Part shown: positions 1-7,279 of the stretch, one piece after another
Layout: each line of letters begins with the position of its first letter
Numbering within the stretch: the stretch's first letter is position 1
Virus record (IMG/VR): IMGVR_UViG_3300046519_000252
Length of the DNA: 20,000 bases
Source: an uncultured virus (IMG/VR IMGVR_UViG_3300046519_000252)
Taxonomy: Duplodnaviria > Heunggongvirae > Uroviricota > Caudoviricetes
Strand: one strand, 5' to 3'
Position numbers and translations under genes: made by a program
Notes under the pieces: model-generated
What the model was told of the DNA's origin: nothing
The model's database searches: none
What the model saw: the letters and a program-made list of their open reading frames with translations, nothing else

Positions 1-34
1 ACTGGCCATCTCTACGCCCTAGGAGGGCTCTCCC

Positions 35-513
35 ATGCTACCGCCTGGCTACACCGTGCTCGAAGACGGCACGATCCTGGGTAAAAAGGGCATGCCCTTG
101 AAACTCGGTACAGATCGCTACGGCTACAGCCAGTTCAGCGTTCGTGTAAACGGTAAGAGGAAGACCTTCACAGCCCATAAAGCAGTGTGCGAAGCCTTCC
201 ACGGTCCGAAGCCGTTCCCGGAAGCCCAGGTACGTCACATCAATGGTGTGAAATCGGACAATCGGGCATCAAATCTCCGATGGGGGACACCCTTGGAGAA
301 CACAGAAGACAAACGCCTGCACGGGGTGGCTCGGGGTGCTGCACACGAGGGCGCCGGAACCATAACGCCAAGTTGACAGAGCAGCAGGTCCGGGACATCC
401 GAGCCCGCTACTCCGCTGGCGGGGTTCTTCAACGAGAGCTAGCCAAGGAGTTCGGGGTCAGTGCGCGGACCATTTGCGTGATCCTTCAGAGGAAGATGTG
501 GGCACACATCTGA
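35..513 (+). pseudogene. HNH homing endonuclease with C-terminal helix-turn-helix domain, split by a frameshift near 330-350
   Basis: ORF 35..376 has an HNH motif (HKAVCEAFHGPKP...VRHINGVKSDNRASNLRWGT..EN..D). The usual continuation (RGRRNHNAKLTEQQVRDIR...QRELAKEFGVS..TI..I...KMW.HI) is in the -1 frame ending at 513. RBS AGGAGG at 21-26. Confidence 0.8.
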
Positions 514-532
514 AATAGCCCGTATTACCGGT

Positions 533-581
533 CCCCCGGTTAGCGGCCATCCAATGGTGCTACCGGGGGCCTTCCCTTTTC
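533..581 (+). terminator. Probable intrinsic terminator after the HNH gene
   Basis: CCCCCGGT(T)AGC...GCTACCGGGGG stem (533-569) with inner CCAT/ATGG pairing, followed by pyrimidine tract CCTTCCCTTTT. Confidence 0.6.
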
Positions 582-614
582 TCCTCTTGCTTGATTCGGT
601 GGCCGATGCTAGGC

Positions 615-639
615 AATACTAGGATCATTGGCTAGTATT
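615..639. promoter_or_regulatory. Inverted repeat (candidate operator) overlapping -10-like hexamers upstream of the head operon
   Basis: AATACTAG-N9-CTAGTATT perfect 8-bp inverted repeat in an AT-rich intergenic stretch; contains TAGGAT (620-625) and TAGTAT (633-638). Confidence 0.4.
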
Positions 640-679
640 AGGCGCAGTCACGATTTCAGGACAGAGCGAGGTAAAGAGG

Positions 680-2308
680 ATGGCGGAACGCGAATTACTG
701 TTATCCCCTCAGGATGACGGTGATGCCGTCGAGCTGTCTTCCCGGGTGTACCGCAAGCGGATTCTTCCGCTGGCTACCATCAACTACCGTGGTCGAAAGA
801 TCTCGTTTGACGCGCAGTACCTCACCGACCTGGCGCAGTCCTTCAACTCAGGGGCCTACGATCAGGTCGCCTTCATGCTGGCCGACACGAACAACGCCCA
901 CACGCTGGACCCTGAGAGGTTCCGTGGCGAGGTGCAGGGTGTGGAGGTCGGGGACGACGGTCTGTACGCCACGATCCAGGTCACCCCTGAAGCCGCCAAG
1001 GTGCTGGAGCAGAACCCGAAATTAGGTGTCTCTGCGCGCATCCTCGAAAACTACGAGCGCTCGGACGGGAAGCAATTCCCCCGGGCGCTTCAACATGTCC
1101 TTGGCACTTTGGACCCGGTTATCCCCGGGCTAGGTAGCTGGGAAGAGGTTGCCCTGTCCAACGGAATCGACCCGGGCAACGTGATTGACCTGTCCGAACA
1201 TTCCTATGAGGAGTTGGAGCCCGTGGCAACCCGCCAGGAACATTTACAGCAGGTGGCTGCGGCTACCGACATGACCGTGGAAGACCTCGAAGCGCTCGGG
1301 ATGACGGATGACGAGTTGGCGATTTTCGCCTCCGCGTTCGTCGAGGATGCGCCCGCAGCCGAGATCGCAGCCGATACCGGCGACGACGAGCTGATCGAAG
1401 AGCCCGGCGAGCAGGCCGGTCTTCTTGACGTGTCTGACGACACCGACGAACTTCCTTCCGAGGCGGAGATCGAGGCGGCCGTCGAGGCGCTCTCCGACGA
1501 GGAGCTGACCGCTCTGGCCGCCGAACTCGGCATCCCTGCCGACGAGGAGCTGGAGACGGGCGAGGAGGAGGCCACGGCGGAGGCCACGGCGGAGGCCGAG
1601 GCTGAGACCGAGGCCATTGCCGAGGAGACCGTCGAGACTCCTGCCGAACCGACGGACGCCGAACTGGCGGAGCGTCTGGGTACCGGTGAGTTCGGCAGCG
1701 GGCTGGAAGACCCGATCGCCGCCGATCCGGACCTGAGCGATCTGTCTGACGAAGACCTGGCGAAGATGACCGAGATGTGGGAGACCGCCCACAATCTCGA
1801 TGAGGCTGCCGCGACCGAGGAAGCTGCCGCCGTTGCTGCGGAGGCTGCCGAATCTTCGGCGACTGCCGAGGAGACTGCCGGGACTGTGGCGGAAGCCACG
1901 GAGGTTCCGCAGCTTGTCGGTGCGGGCTCGGTCTCCCTGTCCAACGAGGCGGGTCCGGAGGTTGTGGCCCTGTCCAACCAGGTGGCGACGCTTCAGCAGC
2001 AGTTGGCGATCCAGGGGTTCGACGCCCTCAAGCGGGAGTACGTCCGCCAGGGCGTTCCTTCAGCTCTGGTCGACCTGGCCCGTCCGATTCTCGTCGCCGG
2101 GCAGGCTCTGGAGTTCTCCAACAGCACTGGTGACCGCGTCGATCCTGCGGCCATCGTGAAGCAGCTTCTAGATTCCGCCACCGGCTATATCGATCTGGCT
2201 CGTGAACGCGGCCACAGCTACTCGCCGGAGGCCGAGGACAAGGCGGCGATGCAGGCCGAGGACGACAAGCGTCTTGCCTCCCTGTGGGGCGAGCAGTACG
2301 GCAACTGA
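680..2308 (+). CDS. Capsid maturation protease/scaffolding protein (Mu gpI-like N-terminal domain, acidic scaffold region)
   Basis: N-terminal ~160 aa globular domain (H..DPE...G.V..VE...DGLYA.I..T.EA...L...P..GVSA.I...Y.......PR.L.HVLGTLDP.IPGL) of phage protease type, then Glu/Ala/Asp-rich region and coiled-coil; lies just upstream of capsid genes; RBS-like AAAGAGG. Confidence 0.75.
   Translation: MAERELLLSPQDDGDAVELSSRVYRKRILPLATINYRGRKISFDAQYLTDLAQSFNSGAYDQVAFMLADTNNAHTLDPERFRGEVQGVEVGDDGLYATIQVTPEAAKVLEQNPKLGVSARILENYERSDGKQFPRALQHVLGTLDPVIPGLGSWEEVALSNGIDPGNVIDLSEHSYEELEPVATRQEHLQQVAAATDMTVEDLEALGMTDDELAIFASAFVEDAPAAEIAADTGDDELIEEPGEQAGLLDVSDDTDELPSEAEIEAAVEALSDEELTALAAELGIPADEELETGEEEATAEATAEAEAETEAIAEETVETPAEPTDAELAERLGTGEFGSGLEDPIAADPDLSDLSDEDLAKMTEMWETAHNLDEAAATEEAAAVAAEAAESSATAEETAGTVAEATEVPQLVGAGSVSLSNEAGPEVVALSNQVATLQQQLAIQGFDALKREYVRQGVPSALVDLARPILVAGQALEFSNSTGDRVDPAAIVKQLLDSATGYIDLARERGHSYSPEAEDKAAMQAEDDKRLASLWGEQYGN
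1568..1597 (+). repeat. 12-bp tandem repeat (GAGGCCACGGCG x2.5; EATA repeats) in scaffold
   Basis: Directly visible in sequence. Confidence 0.8.
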
Positions 2309-2346
2309 CCGGGGCTCCCGGCAGCAACTCTCAAAGGAGATAGATC

Positions 2347-2808
2347 ATGGGTTTGAGCCCCGTCTTCAAGCACGGTTCACCGCAGACTTTCCAGGTCATC
2401 AGCTCCGGCACCGTTCGTGCGGGCCGTCTGGTGGAGTACGTCACGGAGTCCAGCACCACCAAGGTCCAGGAAGCCGCCGTGACCAGCCTCAAGGTGGCCG
2501 GTGTCGCGATCGATGACGCCATCGGTACGTCGACTCCGGGTGCGGACATCACGTACGGCACGGGCGTCACCCGTCGCGCCTACGACACGTCCACGATGGT
2601 CGACACCATCGGCGTTTCCACGTGCGGCGTCTGGAACCTGGTCGCGGGTGCTGCCGTCGCCGCGTTCGATGTTCTCAAGGCTGGCGCTGCGGGGACCGTC
2701 GTGACCTGGGTGTCCGGTACCGACTCACCGGCGGCCATCATCGGGATTGCGCAGGCCGCGATCTCCAACGGAGCCACCGGCCCCGTTTCGCTTCGTCTCG
2801 GCGTCTGA
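2347..2808 (+). CDS. Head decoration/cement protein (DUF2190-like)
   Basis: 153 aa, Gly/Ala/Val/Thr-rich, motifs VAGVAIDDA, GVWNLVAGAAV, IIGIAQAA..GA...V.L; between scaffold and capsid genes; RBS AAGGAG. Confidence 0.6.
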   Translation: MGLSPVFKHGSPQTFQVISSGTVRAGRLVEYVTESSTTKVQEAAVTSLKVAGVAIDDAIGTSTPGADITYGTGVTRRAYDTSTMVDTIGVSTCGVWNLVAGAAVAAFDVLKAGAAGTVVTWVSGTDSPAAIIGIAQAAISNGATGPVSLRLGV

Positions 2809-2848
2809 TCCGTCCGAGCTGAACAGATCTAGAAAGGACGACTGAGAC

Positions 2849-3769
2849 ATGCCTCAGACCACTGTCGGTACCGTTTCTTCGAACGATGGCTTCCGCCTCA
2901 CAGTCAACACGCTGCTCAAGCGGCCGACTGTCATCCGGGAGCGCATTCTCCGGCTGGCTGACCAGCAGTTCATCACGGACACCGTCTTACGCAAGGTGCA
3001 GGACGTGCCGTCTGGCGTTGTTCTGTACAACGAGTCGACTCCGCTGTACGCCAACGGCGGCCCGTCGGTCGTCGCGGAAGGCGGCGAGATCCCGCTGATC
3101 ACGGCGAACCTCGGCATCGGCAAGGCGGCCCGCACCATCAAGCGCGCCTTCGGTATCGAGTTCACCGAGGAGATGCGCCGTCGCAACGACATGGACCGCG
3201 TCAACACCTCGATCGCGCAGGTCGTCAACTCCATGAAGGCGGCGTGGGAGGACGCGTTCCTCTCTTCGGCCATCGCGGGTCTCGCGTCGACTGCTTCCGG
3301 TACCGCGTGGGCGACTGCCACGGACGTCCGGTCCACGCTCGCGAACGCGATGCTGGCGATCCAGCTCGCTGACGCGGAGTCCACGGACCAGACGGGCGTG
3401 CAGAAGTTCGGGTTCGAGCCCGACACTTTGATCCTGCATCACGCCCGTGCGATGGACCTGGCGCTCAACAGCGACATGAACAAGTACTTCGTCGGCTCCG
3501 GCTCCCCGAACTCCGCGTACGCGGACAAGCTGACCCTTCCGGGTCTGCTCTTCGGCCAGTTCAAGGTCGTCAAGTCGTGGCGTGTCCCCACCAACTCCGC
3601 GATCCTCCTGGAGGCCGGGACCATCGGTGGTATCGCCGACGAGCGTGCGTTGGACGTGACGCCGCTGGAGCACAACAGCACCAACGAAACCTGGCGCTGC
3701 AATGTGGTGAGGCAGAGCGCGATCTTCCTGGACCAGCCGAAGGCCGGTCGCGTCATCACCGGCATCTGA
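2849..3769 (+). CDS. Major capsid protein (HK97 fold)
   Basis: 306 aa; E-loop-like VAEGGEIPL followed by K.AFGIEFTEEMRRRN; FEPDTLILH; C-terminal FLDQPKAGRVITGI; strongly biased codons; RBS AAAGGA; synteny. Confidence 0.9.
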   Translation: MPQTTVGTVSSNDGFRLTVNTLLKRPTVIRERILRLADQQFITDTVLRKVQDVPSGVVLYNESTPLYANGGPSVVAEGGEIPLITANLGIGKAARTIKRAFGIEFTEEMRRRNDMDRVNTSIAQVVNSMKAAWEDAFLSSAIAGLASTASGTAWATATDVRSTLANAMLAIQLADAESTDQTGVQKFGFEPDTLILHHARAMDLALNSDMNKYFVGSGSPNSAYADKLTLPGLLFGQFKVVKSWRVPTNSAILLEAGTIGGIADERALDVTPLEHNSTNETWRCNVVRQSAIFLDQPKAGRVITGI

Positions 3770-3820
3770 TCAAGCAGTTACCCGGCACGGCGACTACACA
3801 TCGAAGGAGTTACACCAGTC

Positions 3821-4117
3821 ATGGCTGAAGAGAACGTTCTGTTCCGCGTCACCCGGCCGAACACGTCGATCTTCCACCCGGACCGGGCGGTCAGCCTGCT
3901 CCCGGTGCAGACCGGCGGCGAGATCGAGCTTCCTCTCACGACCGCGAAGTACCACGTCCGTAACGGTGTCGGCGTGATCGTGGAGCCCGGCACCGACGTG
4001 GAGCCGGAGCCCGAGGCCCCCGAGGCACCGAAGGAGCCCGAGGAGCCCAAGGCCCCCGAGGAGCCCAAGGCCCCAGTCAAGCGCGCCCCGGGCCGTCCGG
4101 CCAAGTCTGCCGAGTAA
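3821..4117 (+). CDS. Small phage head-associated protein with Pro/Glu/Lys-rich tail
   Basis: RBS AAGGAG; typical position after capsid gene; PEEPKA-type repeats. Confidence 0.7.
   Translation: MAEENVLFRVTRPNTSIFHPDRAVSLLPVQTGGEIELPLTTAKYHVRNGVGVIVEPGTDVEPEPEAPEAPKEPEEPKAPEEPKAPVKRAPGRPAKSAE
4016..4075 (+). repeat. Imperfect 18-bp tandem repeat (CCCGAGGAGCCCAAGGCC-like) encoding (A/E)PE(A/E)PK
   Basis: Directly visible in sequence. Confidence 0.7.
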
Positions 4118-4141
4118 CACCAGCACGAAAGGAGGGCCGTC

Positions 4142-4597
4142 ATGTCGTACGCCACGTTGACCAGCGTCAGGACGGCCCTCGCCGCTGGCGGCGTAATCGA
4201 CCCGACCAACGCCGGATCTCTGGCCGATGCGGATCTCCAGGACGCAATCGATGAGGCGGACGCCCTGATCGACGGCTACCTCACCGCCCGGTACGCACTG
4301 CCGATTGCCGGGGATGTCCCGCCCATCGTCAAAATGGTGTCGCGGGATCTCGCTGCGTCGTACGCGACGATCACCTACCTGGGAAGCATTCCTCTGCTGC
4401 CTACGCATCCTGTGCAGATCAAAGCGGCGTCCGCCATGGCGACGCTGGAGAAGATCCGTACCGGGGACGTCATGCTGTCCCTGCCTGGTGCCGGGTCTCA
4501 GCAGCGCACGGATAACCCGGCGGTGGAGAACCTCTACGAGGGCAACATGTTCACCCTGGAGCAGTTCGACCTCACCCGGGACTGGCGGAACTGCTGA
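4142..4597 (+). CDS. Head-to-tail adaptor, Mu gp36/DUF1320-like
   Basis: MSYAT...L..AI.EA.A.IDGYL.ARY.LP....P.I.......LA.Y......A...LEKIR.G...L motif of Mu gp36 family; RBS GGAGG. Confidence 0.8.
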   Translation: MSYATLTSVRTALAAGGVIDPTNAGSLADADLQDAIDEADALIDGYLTARYALPIAGDVPPIVKMVSRDLAASYATITYLGSIPLLPTHPVQIKAASAMATLEKIRTGDVMLSLPGAGSQQRTDNPAVENLYEGNMFTLEQFDLTRDWRNC

Positions 4598-5043
4598 TGG
4601 CCTCGTTCTCAGAGCACGCCGACGAACTGATCCAGGCGACCGAGCATGATCTTGTGGGGTCGCTGACGGTGGACCAGGTGTACGCGCACTACCAAGAGGT
4701 GGGAGATACGTTCAACCACCCTCAGGGCGGTATTGCACGGGCCCTCGCCACGGCTCTCCTCACCAAGTACCCCGAGATCGTCCGCAACCTGGCAGACGCC
4801 GTCCTGGACGGCCGGGAAGCCATGCAGCAAGCCATGATCGACGGTACGGAAACGTTGAACCTGGAGTACTACGAGCTGGCCCCCCGCGAGTTCCACGACC
4901 TGCGGGCGTCCGGTTCTCCCGAGGTCATGGAGGGCGAGGAGCAGGTCTACCACCGGCCTCCGAACGTCCACCGGCTGTCCGAGGAAGAGCTACAGGCCAA
5001 GGCGGAACTCCGGGCACTGGGGATCTTCGATGCTGACTTCTGA
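4597..5043 (+). CDS. Neck/tail-completion protein (HK97 gp10-like/minor-capsid-like motifs)
   Basis: TGATG coupling with upstream gene; motifs YAHYQE..FNHPQGG and AP....DLRASG; synteny. Confidence 0.55.
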   Translation: MASFSEHADELIQATEHDLVGSLTVDQVYAHYQEVGDTFNHPQGGIARALATALLTKYPEIVRNLADAVLDGREAMQQAMIDGTETLNLEYYELAPREFHDLRASGSPEVMEGEEQVYHRPPNVHRLSEEELQAKAELRALGIFDADF

Positions 5044-5473
5044 CTTCATCACCTGGCTGGCGGCCCAGGACATCGGTGTACCTATGCCCGTGATCTATCA
5101 GGGACCGAACGGGCCCGGTGCAGAGCCCCGGGAGCATCTCGTGGTCACCCCGGTCCCCGGCGGCGGCATGCAAGTGGACGGCCACATCGAGCAGCGGGTT
5201 TTCCAGATCAAAACTGTGGGCCCCATGGGACTGAATTCCCGTAACTGGAACGACGTCTTTTCTCAGACGGAACTCCTTGCCCGGCGCCTGGACAAAGTCA
5301 TCATGAACACGTGGCGGCCGGTAATCGGCGGGGAACAGGTCGTCTACATTTCCCGTTTTGGTACACGGGTCCGGCAAGGAGGGCCGTCCGGCCAGCCTCT
5401 GGACAACGCCAACCGGCCAGCTTTCCAGACCATGTACGTGGTCGAGGCCGAGTCCGACATCTACGACGACTGA
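5030..5473 (+). CDS. Tail terminator-like protein
   Basis: 147 aa; VTPVPGGG...DG.IEQ..FQI...G and P.....DNANRP.F pattern typical of actinophage tail terminators; last neck gene before the major tail gene. Confidence 0.65.
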   Translation: MLTSDFITWLAAQDIGVPMPVIYQGPNGPGAEPREHLVVTPVPGGGMQVDGHIEQRVFQIKTVGPMGLNSRNWNDVFSQTELLARRLDKVIMNTWRPVIGGEQVVYISRFGTRVRQGGPSGQPLDNANRPAFQTMYVVEAESDIYDD

Positions 5474-5483
5474 GGTAATCACC

Positions 5484-5735
5484 ATGGCAGAGGACAAGAC
5501 CACGGAAAAGGCGGCTCCGAAGGCGCCTGCGGCACGAGTCCAGGAAGTTGCGCCCGAACCGGCGCCGGAGCCTCTGGTGTTCCTGTACCTGGAACACCCT
5601 CACACCTGTTTCGAACTGTCCGGGATGGGGCTTTCTGATCTCGTTCCGGAGGGGACCGCCTATTCCCCGAAGGACGCTGACATGGTCCGGATGATGTGCC
5701 TGAAGTACAGGATCCGTTACCACGAAGGGCAGTAA
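5484..5735 (+). CDS. Hypothetical small phage protein (83 aa)
   Basis: ATG 5484 after RBS GAGGT is a better start than 5358; Ala/Pro/Lys-rich N-terminus. Confidence 0.65.
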   Translation: MAEDKTTEKAAPKAPAARVQEVAPEPAPEPLVFLYLEHPHTCFELSGMGLSDLVPEGTAYSPKDADMVRMMCLKYRIRYHEGQ

Positions 5736-5737
5736 AT

Positions 5738-5868
5738 AGCCTGCCGTCGACAACCGTGATCCGGGTCTTTATACTTGCCACTGGCAGGCTTTTAAGGTCC
5801 GGGCGTAAGGCCGAATTGCCGTAATCACGGGCCAAGAAAACGCCCCTCCCTGACGAAACGGGGAGGGC
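5738..5868 (+). ncRNA. Candidate structured RNA (pseudoknot plus hairpin) in leader of the major tail gene
   Basis: AGCCTGCC(5738-45)/GGCAGGCT(5783-90); crossing CCGTGAT(5754-60)/ATCACGG(5824-30); hairpin GCCC(C)TCCC(5842-50)/GGGAGGGC(5861-68). No known family recognised. Confidence 0.35.
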
Positions 5869-5879
5869 TATCGAAGGAA

Positions 5880-6473
5880 GTGATTACTATCCCGGGCGCA
5901 ATCAATCCCAAGAACGTTGTCGTCGGTGTCGCATCGGCCTGGATTCAGCCGTACGACCCGAACGTCCCTGCCCTCCTGCCTGCGGTCACCATCGCCAAGG
6001 GCGCCGACTGGGGCGGCAACTGGCAGAACCTCGGTGCCACTGACCAGGGCTGGAAGCTCACGGTGGGTACGTCCACCAAGTCGATCACCATCGAAGAGCA
6101 GTCCACTCCCGCTCTGGTCCTGGCCGACAACCACAGCTACCAGGTCTCGGGCGACATGGCCGAGGACACGCTCCAGCACGCTTTATGGGCGTACGGCGGC
6201 GGCACTCTGGTCACTACGGCGGCGGCCACCGGCATTCCCGGCTACCAGACCCTGAGCCTCCAGGACAGCCTGAACTACTGGGCGATCGGCCTGGAGACCG
6301 TCAACGTGCAGGGCTACTGGCGCCGGTACCTGCTTCCGCAGGGTGTCGTCGGCACCAACGTGGACACCTCGTTCCGCCGGTCCAACGAGAAGCGCATGTA
6401 CTCCTTCCAGTTCGAAGGCACCTGCGCCCCGACCGACGTGCGTATCCAGGAGATGATCGCCGCCGCACTCTAA
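5880..6473 (+). CDS. Major tail (tube) protein
   Basis: 197 aa; NPKNVVVG.A.......P.....WQNLGATDQGWKL..........IEEQ pattern of siphovirus tube proteins; directly before chaperone and tape measure; RBS GAAGGA, GTG start. Confidence 0.88.
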   Translation: MITIPGAINPKNVVVGVASAWIQPYDPNVPALLPAVTIAKGADWGGNWQNLGATDQGWKLTVGTSTKSITIEEQSTPALVLADNHSYQVSGDMAEDTLQHALWAYGGGTLVTTAAATGIPGYQTLSLQDSLNYWAIGLETVNVQGYWRRYLLPQGVVGTNVDTSFRRSNEKRMYSFQFEGTCAPTDVRIQEMIAAAL

Positions 6474-6528
6474 GCGGCGCGTCCCCTTCCAAGTTCTACT
6501 CACCCGGCACAGCGAGAAAGGTTTCACC

Positions 6529-6915
6529 ATGGCATTCGTTGCTCACGAGGCGATCGAGCCCCTGGACTACGATTTCACCCACTTCATGGACGGTCCCGAG
6601 GCAAAGGGGACTGTCCCGGAGCCGAGCCAGCAGGCCATGGCGGGGTACCGCAAGGCCGTTCTCGGGGTCATCCGCGAGTACAAGGACGTTCAGGACGTCG
6701 AGCCGGACAAGTTAGACAACGACGAGCTTGACCGGATCACCGAGCGCGCTGAGGAGCTGGAGAAGCGCATGGACGAGCTGACGGCCCGTCTCTGCAAGAA
6801 CACTCCCTCGGTGGAGACGCTCGGGAAGCTGCCGTGGCGCCACAAGGTGATGTTCTCGAAGTGGCTCCAGGAGCAGTTCAACCCGGGAAAATTGACGGGC
6901 GTTACGAAGGACTGA
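6529..6915 (+). CDS. Tail assembly chaperone (gpG equivalent)
   Basis: Between major tail and tape measure genes; ends ...FNPGK over slippery G GGA AAA. Confidence 0.88.
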   Translation: MAFVAHEAIEPLDYDFTHFMDGPEAKGTVPEPSQQAMAGYRKAVLGVIREYKDVQDVEPDKLDNDELDRITERAEELEKRMDELTARLCKNTPSVETLGKLPWRHKVMFSKWLQEQFNPGKLTGVTKD

Positions 6916-7124
6916 CCGGGGGAGAGGACCAGCGGCGGTTGTATTACACGCTGCTGAAAATCTTCCACATCACCCGGCAGCAATGGGATGAAATGCCCTG
7001 GCACGATCAGCGCATGTACGTTGAACAGCTGAACAAGGATCCCGAGTACAACGAGGACGGGGAATCCGGCGGGTCGGAGGCGCAAGAACTGACTAGCTGG
7101 GATGACCTTCCTCCGGGGGCCTAA
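6529..7124 (+). CDS. Tail assembly chaperone frameshift product (gpGT equivalent, ~198 aa), -1 shift at 6885-6891
   Basis: GGGAAAA in correct X XXY YYZ phase; -1 frame continues IDGRYEG...RRLYYTLLKIFHITRQQWDEMPW..R to TAA 7124. Confidence 0.85.
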
Positions 7125-7148
7125 AAGACTCGCCGTGCCGGGTGGAGA

Positions 7149-7194
7149 TCGTAGGGTCGGGGCTGTAAAAGGCTCCGACCCTACGAGCGTTTTA
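7149..7194 (+). terminator. Strong hairpin (terminator-like) between chaperone and tape measure genes
   Basis: 16-bp stem TCGTAGGGTCGGGGCT / GGCTCCGACCCTACGA (two G-U), loop GTAAAA, followed by GCGTTTT. Confidence 0.7.
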
Positions 7195-7279
7195 GACTCT
7201 GGCTAATCGCCCCTTTTAGCAGGTAATCTTGGAATCTGCAACGCAATGCGGGTCAAGGGGATGATGAGAGGGAGCGCCA

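Noticed and set aside
1..680. Group I intron hosting the HNH gene
   Set aside because: HNH has its own RBS and a terminator-like hairpin; no intron core elements or interrupted exon identifiable within the window.
1560..4075. Short tandem repeats as CRISPR-like arrays
   Set aside because: In-frame coding repeats without spacers; no cas genes.
5850..5859. CTGACGAAAC resembling a hammerhead ribozyme core
   Set aside because: CUGANGA and GAAA overlap with no stem II and no suitable stem III/cleavage triplet.
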